Assembly: GCA_023474835.1 (NCBI GenBank)
Contig: JAMCXQ010000026.1
Location: 1 to 42,020, forward strand
Length of the DNA stretch: 42,020 nucleotides
From: Patescibacteria group bacterium
GTDB lineage: Bacteria > Patescibacteriota > Minisyncoccia > Minisyncoccales > CG1-02-41-26
Direction: 5' to 3'
Part shown: positions 34,405 to 42,020 of the stretch, piece by piece
Position numbering within the stretch: the first letter of the stretch is position 1
Layout of the letters: each line of letters starts with the position of its first letter
The notes under the pieces: model-generated
The model's input: only the letters and a program-made list of their open reading frames with translations
What the model was told of the DNA's origin: nothing
The model's database searches: none
Made by a program: the position numbers and the translations under genes

Positions 34405-35001
34405 TTAAAGTTTTTTTCCTATAATAATTTGATGTTTTTCTCCTCCGCTCTCGTCAATCTCCTCAAAGATAATTTCAAATCCTGCCTCTTGAATAATTTC
34501 TCTGTTTTTCTCAGGCCCATAATGACTCCAGTACATTTGTGTTCCATGAAAATTCTCTTCTCCTTCCCACTCCGAAGCTCCCATAGTCACAAGAATTAAT
34601 CCACCTTGGCAAAGAAAAGAATTGATTTTGTTAAAGATTTTTTGATGGGTTTCCTTTGGAACATGAAAAATCGCATAAAAAGAAACAACTGCATCAACTT
34701 GATACTCATTATCTTTTAAATTCGACATGTCCCTAACCTCAAAATTTCCTTGAGGCAAATTTTTTCTCGCTAAATCTATCTGCTTATCAGAAATATCAAT
34801 CCCTATCACTTTGCATCCTTTTTCAATCAAATATTTATCAACAGGAACTCCCGCCCCACAACCAATGTCTAGCACTGTTGAATTTTCTTTCAATAGATTT
34901 TCTAATTTCTCAAGATAAAATATGCTGCTAAAATCACCGCGCTGGTTTGAATAATTCTCTGCAACTTTATTATACCCTTCTTTTACCATTTCCTGCTTCA
35001 T
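34405..35001 (-). CDS. Class I SAM-dependent methyltransferase
   Basis: 198 aa. Motif I VLDIGCGAGVP, then VIGIDIS and DAVVSFYAIFHV. Confidence 0.8.
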   Translation of the reverse strand: MKQEMVKEGYNKVAENYSNQRGDFSSIFYLEKLENLLKENSTVLDIGCGAGVPVDKYLIEKGCKVIGIDISDKQIDLARKNLPQGNFEVRDMSNLKDNEYQVDAVVSFYAIFHVPKETHQKIFNKINSFLCQGGLILVTMGASEWEGEENFHGTQMYWSHYGPEKNREIIQEAGFEIIFEEIDESGGEKHQIIIGKKL

Positions 35002-35762
35002 AATTTATCTTCTTTTATTGATTTTAATAATCCTTCGTTGCGCCCTATGCCTTGGTTTATTTTCAACAGCTCGGGCTTTTGCCCGAATAATTTTAGCATA
35101 TCGTCCAGGCCAAAAAACTTTTTTATCGGATACAAATAGCCATAAATTTTTCTTATTAAAATCAAGTCCTTTGGCTCGTCCAAAGTCAGGCGCAAAGCCG
35201 ACAAATCCCGGCCCTTTCTTTTGACATTGCCCAGCCGGAAAATTTCAGGATGTTTGGCAATGTACGGAGTAACGTGTTCTCTTTCCGATTTCAGTTTGGC
35301 ATTTTCCCGGCATTTTCCCAGCGTTTTGAAGCTGAAAACCTCAACGTCCAGGCCGTCGGGAAAAGTGGGCGGCCGGACATTGCTTACGTAATCAAACTTT
35401 TTCTTGTTTCTTAAATAAAACTCTATCACCTGTTCGACCACAACCCTGTCAAGCAGCGGGCAATCAGCGGTAATGCGAACAATCGGGTCAAGGCCAAACT
35501 GTTTTGCCGCGTCATAATACTGCTTTAATAATTCGCCTGTTCTGCCCCGATGAACCAAACATTTGTGTTTTTTGCCGATTTTTTCTAAAATGCCGTCTTC
35601 TTCTTTATCAGTAGTGGCTAAAACTATCTTTTTGGGAGAATAATGAATTTTTTTCACCCTTTCCAAAACATGTTCAATAACATATTTGCCCTGGATTTTT
35701 TTAAGCATTTTTTTTGGCAAACGGGTTGAACCGGTTCTGGCCTGAACGATAATGCCTAACAT
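34998..35762 (-). CDS. Cytidylyltransferase, SpsF/acylneuraminate cytidylyltransferase family (candidate CMP-nonulosonate synthase)
   Basis: 254 aa. N-terminal IIVQARTGSTRLPKKML, then RITADCPLLD. 4-nt overlap with the downstream methyltransferase gene. Confidence 0.75.
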   Translation of the reverse strand: MLGIIVQARTGSTRLPKKMLKKIQGKYVIEHVLERVKKIHYSPKKIVLATTDKEEDGILEKIGKKHKCLVHRGRTGELLKQYYDAAKQFGLDPIVRITADCPLLDRVVVEQVIEFYLRNKKKFDYVSNVRPPTFPDGLDVEVFSFKTLGKCRENAKLKSEREHVTPYIAKHPEIFRLGNVKRKGRDLSALRLTLDEPKDLILIRKIYGYLYPIKKFFGLDDMLKLFGQKPELLKINQGIGRNEGLLKSIKEDKL

Positions 35763-35781
35763 AAATTAAAATTTTCAATTT

Positions 35782-36789
35782 TCAATTATCAATTTTCAAA
35801 CAAACGGATTTCTTAATGGCTAAGGCAATTTTCAGGGTTTCAATGCCTCGCTGCAAGCCGCTTGACGGATTTTTTTTTGCTTTCAAACACTGCAAAAATT
35901 CTTTTGCTTCCGCCAGATAAGTCGTATTCCAGTCAAAATTTTCAATTTTATCAATGGTTTGCCATTTCTTTTCCGCGGCTGGAAACAAATCCAGTTTCGC
36001 GCTGCCCAAATCCCAAACCAATGCGCCCTTTTCGCCGATTATTTTTAAGTGCCGGGAATAATCTCTCTGCAAGTAATCCATGTGAACCTGGCCGATAATG
36101 CCGTTTTCAAATTGCAAAATCGCTTCAACGTAATCCTCGGTTTCAATTTTCAAATTGCTTTGTTTTGCTGTCAAACCGAAAACCTTTTTAACTGGCCCGA
36201 ACAAATTATACAAAGAATTGATTTCGTGGATATCGTCCAATAAAATGCCCCCGCCCAGCGCTTTTTTGGCGGAATATGACTTGGAATAATCGGTTTTCGG
36301 CCGCCAGTCAGGCAGATATTGGCCGAATTCCGCCCGAACCCCCCAAACCTTGCCCAGCGTTTTTTTTGCCAAAAGCGCTTTGATTTTTTGAAACTGAGGG
36401 TGGAAATCAATGTTATAACCCGTCATTATCGGCTTTATGTTTTGGCCTGCTTTTTGCAATTGGCCCAAGCCCGCCAATGTGTGGCTCAGCGGCTTTTCAA
36501 TGAACATTGGGGTTTTTGTTTTGGCAACATCCAAAGCAATCTTCATATGTGTGGAACTTGGCGAGCAAATAAAAACCGCGTCCCATTTTTCTTTTAAGGC
36601 TTGCTTTAAGCTCGGCCGAAACCCGACCCCCCCGAAACTGGGACTCGGATTTTTGGAGGTCGGGTTTCTAAAACTCGGGTCAATTGCGCCAATTTGCTTA
36701 ACGCCAAGGGTTTGCAGGTTTTTGATATGCCTCCTGCCGATTGAGCCCACTCCCGCCACCAGAATTTTATAATCAGTTTTTGTTGACAT
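35782..36789 (-). CDS. Gfo/Idh/MocA-family NAD(P)-dependent oxidoreductase
   Basis: 335 aa. Rossmann ILVAGVGSIGRRH and ...DAVFICSPSSTH..EKP motifs. Confidence 0.85.
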   Translation of the reverse strand: MSTKTDYKILVAGVGSIGRRHIKNLQTLGVKQIGAIDPSFRNPTSKNPSPSFGGVGFRPSLKQALKEKWDAVFICSPSSTHMKIALDVAKTKTPMFIEKPLSHTLAGLGQLQKAGQNIKPIMTGYNIDFHPQFQKIKALLAKKTLGKVWGVRAEFGQYLPDWRPKTDYSKSYSAKKALGGGILLDDIHEINSLYNLFGPVKKVFGLTAKQSNLKIETEDYVEAILQFENGIIGQVHMDYLQRDYSRHLKIIGEKGALVWDLGSAKLDLFPAAEKKWQTIDKIENFDWNTTYLAEAKEFLQCLKAKKNPSSGLQRGIETLKIALAIKKSVCLKIDN

Positions 36790-37909
36790 TGATGATTTCT
36801 TTTACGGTTTCAATCACATATTCCACTTCTTCGTCCGTTAATTTGGGAAACAAAGGCAATGTTATGGCCTGGTCGTAGTATTTTTCCGCTATTGGAAAAT
36901 CGCCTTTTTTATAGCCGAAGGTTTTTTGGTAAAAAGGCATATAATGCACCGGCACGTAATGAACCTGGCATTTTATCCCCTTTTCCGCCAGTTTTTCAAA
37001 AATTTCCTTGCGGCTGATTTTTAATTTTGCCAAGTCAAACTGCACGGGATAAATGTGCCAGGCGGTTTTGGCAAAGCTTTCTTCTTTTATTAAAATGATT
37101 TCCGGAATGTCCTTGAACGCTTCCTGGTATTTTTTTACTATTTCCCTTCTCCGGGCGACGAATTTATCCAGTTTTTTAAGCTGGGAAATCCCCAGGGCGC
37201 AATGAATGTCGGTTAAACGGTAATTGTATCCCAGCTCCTCGATTTCATAATACCAGGGCCCGATCTCGGGCTTTTTAACAATGCCGTGGTGCCGGAAAGT
37301 TTTTAATTTTCGGGCAAACTGTTCGTTGTCAGTCAAAACCATTCCGCCCTCGCCCGAAGTTATGGTTTTTACGGGATGAAAACTTAAAATAGTCAGGTCT
37401 GCCAAGGAGCCGACTTTTTTGCCTTTATATTCGGAACCCAGGGCGTGCGCACCGTCTTCCACAACCAATAAATTATGTTTTTCGGCGATTTCTTTAATCG
37501 CGTCGAAATCGCAGGGCTGGCCCGCAAAATCCGTAATGGCGATGGCTTTGGTTTTAAAATTTATTTTTCCTTCTATTTTAGCGGGGTCGATATTTAGGGT
37601 ATCGCTTTTAATGTCGCAAAAAACAGGAATGCCCCCGCAATAAACAGCCCCGTTGGCCGTGGCGGAGAAAGTCATCGGAGTAGTGACAACCTCATCGCCT
37701 TTTTTTATGCCCAAAACAAAATAAGCGCCGTGCAAAGCGGAAGTGCCCGAAGAAAAAGCGACTGCGTATTTTGCGTTGCAATAATCGGCGATTGAGCGCT
37801 CAAATTCGTCCACCTTGGGCCCGCAGGTAAGCCAGTCGCTTTTTAACACCTCGACCACAGCCGCAATGTCGTCGTCGCTGATCCACTGTTTGCCATAAGG
37901 AATTAACAT
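36773..37909 (-). CDS. pseC: DegT/DnrJ/EryC1-family aminotransferase, PseC-like (UDP-4-amino-4,6-dideoxy-sugar transaminase)
   Basis: 378 aa. IPYGKQWISDDDIAAVVEVLKSDWLTCGP and SFHPVKTITSGEGG (PLP-Lys). Confidence 0.85.
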   Translation of the reverse strand: MLIPYGKQWISDDDIAAVVEVLKSDWLTCGPKVDEFERSIADYCNAKYAVAFSSGTSALHGAYFVLGIKKGDEVVTTPMTFSATANGAVYCGGIPVFCDIKSDTLNIDPAKIEGKINFKTKAIAITDFAGQPCDFDAIKEIAEKHNLLVVEDGAHALGSEYKGKKVGSLADLTILSFHPVKTITSGEGGMVLTDNEQFARKLKTFRHHGIVKKPEIGPWYYEIEELGYNYRLTDIHCALGISQLKKLDKFVARRREIVKKYQEAFKDIPEIILIKEESFAKTAWHIYPVQFDLAKLKISRKEIFEKLAEKGIKCQVHYVPVHYMPFYQKTFGYKKGDFPIAEKYYDQAITLPLFPKLTDEEVEYVIETVKEIINVNKN

Positions 37910-37921
37910 AAAATTTGTAAA

Positions 37922-38890
37922 TTATTGGATAATTTCCTTCAGTTCTTCTTTCGTGAGCCACCGGGTATTTTTATCGCTGGTGTATTGAAAACCGTCCGGC
38001 AATGGTTTGCCTTCATTCTCTGTTTTGAATTCGCCCCAAAAAGGAAACTCCGGCTCAATGGTAAAGTAATTGTCGTGCTCTTTTACGTGTTTTGCTTCTT
38101 CCGCGGTAATGAGCGCTTCGTGCAGTTTTTCGCCGGGCCGAATGCCGATAATTTCTTTTTTGGCTTCCGGCGCCGCAACTTCCGCCAAATCCATTATTTT
38201 CATTGAGGGAATTTTAGGCACGAAAATTTCACCGCCCCTCATAAGTTCCAGGCATTTTACCACAAATTCCACGCCCTGCTCCAGGGTTATCCAAAAACGG
38301 GTCATTTTTTCGTCGGTGATGGTTATTTTGCCGGTTTTCGCCTGCTCTCTGAACAACGGCGCAACCGAGCCGCTTGAGCCAACCACATTACCGTATCTGG
38401 TGCAGGCAAACCTGGTGTTGTTTTTGCCCGCGTACGAATTGCCCTGAACGATTATTTTTTCCATTACCATTTTGGAAGCCCCGTATAAATTAACCGGATA
38501 AACCGCTTTATCGGTGCTCAAAGCAATAATTTTTCCAACGCCAGCGTCAATCGCCGCTTCCACGATATTTATGGCTCCCTGAATGTTTGTTTTTATTGCC
38601 TCAATGGGATTGTATTCGCAAACCGTAATGTGTTTTAAGGCGGCAGCGTGAACCACAATATCGACGTCTTTCATCGCTCTTTTCAAGCGGTCTTTGTCCC
38701 TTATGTCGCCGATAAAAAACCGCAAACGCTCGTCCTGGAATTTTCTCTCCATTTCCACCTCTTTTAGCTCGTTTATGTCAAAAACCCGAATGGCTTTGGG
38801 GCTATATTTTGCCAAAACCACTTCCACGAATTTTGAGCCAAAAGATCCGACTCCGCCGGTGAGCAAAATTGTTTTGTTGTTTAGTACCAT
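37922..38890 (-). CDS. pseB: UDP-N-acetylglucosamine 4,6-dehydratase, PseB/FlaA1-like
   Basis: 322 aa. LLTGGVGSFGS, FFIGDIRD, HAAALKH and YGASKM (YxxxK). Confidence 0.88.
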   Translation of the reverse strand: MVLNNKTILLTGGVGSFGSKFVEVVLAKYSPKAIRVFDINELKEVEMERKFQDERLRFFIGDIRDKDRLKRAMKDVDIVVHAAALKHITVCEYNPIEAIKTNIQGAINIVEAAIDAGVGKIIALSTDKAVYPVNLYGASKMVMEKIIVQGNSYAGKNNTRFACTRYGNVVGSSGSVAPLFREQAKTGKITITDEKMTRFWITLEQGVEFVVKCLELMRGGEIFVPKIPSMKIMDLAEVAAPEAKKEIIGIRPGEKLHEALITAEEAKHVKEHDNYFTIEPEFPFWGEFKTENEGKPLPDGFQYTSDKNTRWLTKEELKEIIQ

Positions 38891-38924
38891 ATGTTTATGT
38901 TTTTGTGTTATTTGCTCTATACTA

Positions 38925-40184
38925 CTACTTTTGAATTAGTTTTTCAATTTCCGAAACGATTTTCGCAACAGCCCCGCCACTGAGACCACCCGCGAATTTT
39001 TGCAGATACCGGCTTTGTTTTTCTTTATCCAATGGAAAATCGCTGAATGTTTTTTGCGGCAGTTCTCTGATTATTTCCGCAATGCTTTTTAAGTACGAAA
39101 CGCCGAGAAAACCGAAAAAATCGTTCTCTTTTTCCAGAATGGTTTGCCACAGAACATTGCGGATATCCTTCCAGTCCGAAACGTCGGGAGCAATGCAAAC
39201 GTTGCTCACCCCCATTGCCGCCGCTTCAATGGCGGCCGTGGAGTAAAAATTAAAACAGACATCGGCGACGGAAAAACACTCAATTATCGTTGACGGATAA
39301 AAGCCCCCGTCAAAAAGGATTTTATCCGCCATTTTAATTAAATATTTTTTAGCCGGGTCCTTTTTACGGCATTTAACCAGAAGAAAACAGTTATTTCGCT
39401 CGCAAAACCGCTTAATCGCCAAAGAAACCCGAAAATCGTTTTCTTTTCCCATAACCTGTTTTATCCATCTTTTATTGAACGAAAAAAGCGCCAAAGGCAG
39501 CTGCGAAAAAACATTATGCCAGCCAAAAACATACTTTGTCCAAAATCTGTCAATACTCGAACCAAAAGGAAAGGGCAGCAGCAAAACCACTTTTTTGCCC
39601 GCTCCAATCCCCCATTTTTTTCTTACGGCAGTCGGGTCAATAATGGATTTTTGCTCGGCCGTCCAAAAACCAACTGGTTTTACCCTCTCCCGGAGCTTTT
39701 TCTCAAACTCCGAAAAATTTTCTTCTTTTGTTTTGCCTGCTTTTTTCAAATACTCAAACATCCATTCCAGCCATTCAGAAGAATAAACAAAAAACCTGTC
39801 GGGCATCGAAAGGTTTTTCCCCGAGTGCGGGCCGCTGTCAAACCCGTTTTGCAAAGCCGCCCAAAAAACGCCTTTTTTGGCAAGCTCCTCCCTTAAATTG
39901 AAGTGCGCCTCGATAAAATCCAGAGAAAAAACAAGCTCAATGCTGTTTTGCAAAACTTTATCAATAAAATCCCGCTCGCTTGAAAATTCCAAAGAAAAAA
40001 CCTGGCCGTTGCGAAAAAACGGAGTTTGCGCAATGTCGGGAAACTGGTAGCCCTTTGAGCCGCCTTTTGGCTGGCTGTAATCGTGCAAACAAAAAACACT
40101 ATGCCCTTTTTGCAAAAAGCCGTCTATCACCGGGCCAAATGACCTGAAATAAACGTTTCTGGCAATTAAAAAACCGATTCTCAT
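38925..40184 (-). CDS. Hypothetical protein, probable GT-B-fold enzyme (candidate nonulosonate transferase or PseG substitute)
   Basis: 419 aa. N-terminus MRIGFLIARN...QKGHSV. The C-terminal ADVCFNFYSTAAIEAAAMGVSNVCI resembles GT-B/TagF-like donor-binding segments. No confident family call. Confidence 0.45.
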   Translation of the reverse strand: MRIGFLIARNVYFRSFGPVIDGFLQKGHSVFCLHDYSQPKGGSKGYQFPDIAQTPFFRNGQVFSLEFSSERDFIDKVLQNSIELVFSLDFIEAHFNLREELAKKGVFWAALQNGFDSGPHSGKNLSMPDRFFVYSSEWLEWMFEYLKKAGKTKEENFSEFEKKLRERVKPVGFWTAEQKSIIDPTAVRKKWGIGAGKKVVLLLPFPFGSSIDRFWTKYVFGWHNVFSQLPLALFSFNKRWIKQVMGKENDFRVSLAIKRFCERNNCFLLVKCRKKDPAKKYLIKMADKILFDGGFYPSTIIECFSVADVCFNFYSTAAIEAAAMGVSNVCIAPDVSDWKDIRNVLWQTILEKENDFFGFLGVSYLKSIAEIIRELPQKTFSDFPLDKEKQSRYLQKFAGGLSGGAVAKIVSEIEKLIQK

Positions 40185-40194
40185 AATTTTATAA

Positions 40195-40242
40195 ATATCC
40201 TTTGCACTCCACTGCTACGTAGCAGTGGAGTGCAAAGGATAT
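40195..40242. repeat. 48-bp perfect palindrome (24-bp arms, no loop) between two co-oriented genes
   Basis: atatcctttgcactccactgctac|gtagcagtggagtgcaaaggatat. It begins 3 nt after the stop of 40246-41037 and ends 10 nt before the ATG of 38925-40184. Confidence 0.9.
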
Positions 40243-40245
40243 CTC

Positions 40246-41037
40246 TTAAAGTTTTTTTATGACAATTTCCTGGTCGGGGTAAACAAATAATCTTTCCACC
40301 AGCAAACGCCAAAAAAAGTTATGCTTTTTTGAACGCCTCTTCAAACCGCTTTCGTAAAATCTTGACCAAACGATGTTTTTTTGCGAAAACAAAAGCTTGT
40401 CCAGTTTTTTTTCGCTCAGAAAATTTATTGATTTCAAAAAACCGAGCGGTTTTCTCATCAGCCATAAATAAAAATAGCCGAAAATTTTGGGCAAAAACGT
40501 GGGAAAAGCCATTTTGTAATGGTTTTCCGCGGGGAATGCGTAGTTGGGAAGGCCGATGTGGATATGGCCTCCGGGCTTGACAACCCTGACCATTTCTTGC
40601 AGACATTTTTCAACATTTTGCACGTGTTCCAAAACAGTGAAACAATGGACGAAATCAAACTGGTTAGGAGCAAAACTCATTTGCTCGCCGAATTCCTGTT
40701 TGAAGTTAGATGAGCTGACTCCGGTTTCTCTGCACTTTGCCACGATAATGGAAAATTCTTCCTTGTCCGGCTCGATGCCGAAAACCTCTGCTCCGAATTT
40801 TTCAGCCAGAACAACTGCCAAGCCGCCGGTGCCCGCCCCGAAAACAAGGTGCTTTTGCCCGGTAAAATCAACATTGAGCATTTTCTGCCAATACTCCATT
40901 TTTGCCATTTCCCAATCCTCCTCGTTGAGCCGCTCTTTGGCTCTTTGCTCAAAATCGTTAAGGCCGCACGACTTGTAGTATTTTTCGTAGTAAGCGATTA
41001 TTTTGTTTTGCAGCTCAGGCGAATATTGAAACATCAT
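40246..41037 (-). CDS. Class I SAM-dependent methyltransferase
   Basis: Start moved to ATG 41037 (MMFQYS...), an ATGA overlap with the upstream stop. Motif I LVFGAGTGGLAV, then FDFVHCFTVLEHV and VKPGGHI. Confidence 0.8.
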   Translation of the reverse strand: MMFQYSPELQNKIIAYYEKYYKSCGLNDFEQRAKERLNEEDWEMAKMEYWQKMLNVDFTGQKHLVFGAGTGGLAVVLAEKFGAEVFGIEPDKEEFSIIVAKCRETGVSSSNFKQEFGEQMSFAPNQFDFVHCFTVLEHVQNVEKCLQEMVRVVKPGGHIHIGLPNYAFPAENHYKMAFPTFLPKIFGYFYLWLMRKPLGFLKSINFLSEKKLDKLLFSQKNIVWSRFYESGLKRRSKKHNFFWRLLVERLFVYPDQEIVIKKL

Positions 41038-41819
41038 ATTTTTTGAAAAACCAGCAAAATCGCATGGCCGGTTATGCGGGCAAACAACAGGCTGAAAAAC
41101 AGCCGGAAACATCTGGCGGCAAAATTGCGGCTTTGGTAAACTTTTTGCCAGAAACTATGCCCGAAAGAAATTTCGTCTTTCAGCCCCTTTATCGCGTCAA
41201 ACGGCTTTTTCATTTTAAGGGAAAAACCCAAACTTTCAAGCTCTTTGATAATGTTTTTCTCGGAAAAAATAAACTCATAAAAATTCTTCTCCCCCTGTGC
41301 TTCGTAATTCGCATAATCTCCTCTTTTCGCTTTCCATTTTCGCAAAGGGTTTAACCAGGGAAAAGTCAAAAACAAATAACCGTTTTTTTTCAAAACCCTT
41401 TTTGCTTCCACTAAAATCAGCGAGTGGTCGGTGAAATGTTCAATCACACCCAGCGACCAGTAGCCGTCAAAAAAATCATCGGGAAAATCCAGGCTTCTCA
41501 CGTCCCCTGCCTTTATTTTAAGCCCGGAAAAATGTTGGTTGATTTTTGCTATTGTTTTTTGGGCAAAATCAATTCCGAAAGCGTCGTAGCCCCAGGCCTC
41601 CAAACCGAAAACATTTTGCCCCAAGCCGCATCCTCCTTCCAAAACCCTGGCCCCTTTTGGCAAAAAACGGCTGCTGGCTTTTTTAACCAGCAAATTGTTC
41701 TTGCCTGCTTTAACCTGCCCGACAAAATCACCGGCCTGCCAGTGGCTGTCCCAAAAATCAGCCGTGGCCTTCGCCTCCACAACAACTATTCTTTGGTTTG
41801 CCTGGTCGTAAAAATTCAT
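41034..41819 (-). CDS. Class I SAM-dependent methyltransferase
   Basis: 261 aa. VLEGGCGLGQN, AFGIDF, FDGYWSLGVIEHF and LKKNGYLFL. Confidence 0.8.
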   Translation of the reverse strand: MNFYDQANQRIVVVEAKATADFWDSHWQAGDFVGQVKAGKNNLLVKKASSRFLPKGARVLEGGCGLGQNVFGLEAWGYDAFGIDFAQKTIAKINQHFSGLKIKAGDVRSLDFPDDFFDGYWSLGVIEHFTDHSLILVEAKRVLKKNGYLFLTFPWLNPLRKWKAKRGDYANYEAQGEKNFYEFIFSEKNIIKELESLGFSLKMKKPFDAIKGLKDEISFGHSFWQKVYQSRNFAARCFRLFFSLLFARITGHAILLVFQKI

Positions 41820-42020
41820 AATTGTTCCAGCAGTTTGTTAAGCCACTCCGCGCCCTTTTCTTTTATGTCTTTGTCGTGCATGCAAAAAAAGCCGTTTTTG
41901 TCATCGATAAATCCAATGCCCTGCATCGGCTCACAGCTGTCCTGCATATAGCGCGAAGAAATTACCTTTTTTATGCTGGTTTTTTGAAGCGCCTCGCAGG
42001 TTTTTTTGCTCCAAACATTG
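41816..42020 (-). CDS. Partial CDS (C-terminal 67 codons) of an unidentified protein; the operon continues beyond the window
   Basis: Open minus-strand frame from the window edge to TGA at 41818-41816 (...GFIDDKNGFFCMHDKDIKEKGAEWLNKLLEQL*). ATGA overlap with the next gene. Confidence 0.5.
   Translation of the reverse strand, partial: NVWSKKTCEALQKTSIKKVISSRYMQDSCEPMQGIGFIDDKNGFFCMHDKDIKEKGAEWLNKLLEQL

Noticed and set aside
35771-35800. Short tandem ttcaatt-type repeats, checked as a possible CRISPR or satellite
   Set aside because: Only three imperfect ~9-nt copies are present, partly within the last codons of the oxidoreductase gene. There is no spacer structure. No CRISPR array exists anywhere in the window.
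36611-36680. GC-rich patch with a 10-bp inverted repeat (gaaacccgac / gtcgggtttc) and ccgaaac repeats inside the oxidoreductase gene, considered as an in-frame mini-insertion
   Set aside because: The encoded segment (…FRNPTSKNPSPSFGGVGFRPS…) occupies a linker whose overall length is normal for Gfo/Idh/MocA proteins. There is therefore no clear evidence of an insertion. It is noted only as a compositional oddity.
1-42020. Alternative genetic code (UGA recoding, as in some CPR lineages)
   Set aside because: TGA terminates several well-defined genes at coupled ATGA junctions (ftsW/murG, gltX, the methyltransferases). No conserved gene is interrupted by in-frame TGA.

Overview
This 42 kb chromosomal segment has two halves. 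My inference is that it comes from a reduced-genome, CPR/Patescibacteria-like (possibly Parcubacteria-type) bacterium. The grounds are tightly packed and often overlapping genes, mostly no Shine-Dalgarno motifs, an archaeal-type AspRS next to gatB, L9 present, and no rplA after rplK. Standard genetic code: TGA is used as a stop.

Positions 1-21.9 kb are housekeeping genes: gyrB, secE-nusG-rplK, tmk, deoC, gatB, aspS, a PBP5-like carboxypeptidase and a dcw block (mraY, an 841-aa MurD fusion, ftsW, murG). These are followed by gltX, a XerC/D recombinase, rpmA, rplI, an S41 protease, an M50 protease, rpmB and tRNA-Pro(GGG).

Positions 21.9-42 kb are a surface-glycan island. It holds a Wzy_C/O-antigen-ligase-like protein with a TPR tail, a polyprenyl-phosphate sugar transferase, and GT4 and GT2 glycosyltransferases each divergently paired with paralogous Wzx-like flippases. 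A long minus-strand operon follows, encoding a pseudaminic-acid-type nonulosonic acid pathway (PseB, PseC, PseH, PseI and an SpsF/PseF-like cytidylyltransferase). It is interleaved with non-canonical enzymes: a class-III aminotransferase, a Gfo/Idh/MocA oxidoreductase, a TIM-barrel protein, several SAM methyltransferases and an unassigned GT-B-like protein.

The most notable observations:
1. The tailored Pse-like glycan system.
2. MurD fused to a ~435-aa PP-loop/4-Cys domain (candidate MurL-type epimerase), in a gene that is much more AT-rich than its dcw neighbours.
3. An 85-bp duplicated gyrB 3' end.
4. A 123-bp GC-rich palindromic element and a 48-bp perfect palindrome inside the glycan operon.

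All product calls come from motif recognition by eye. No database search was run.
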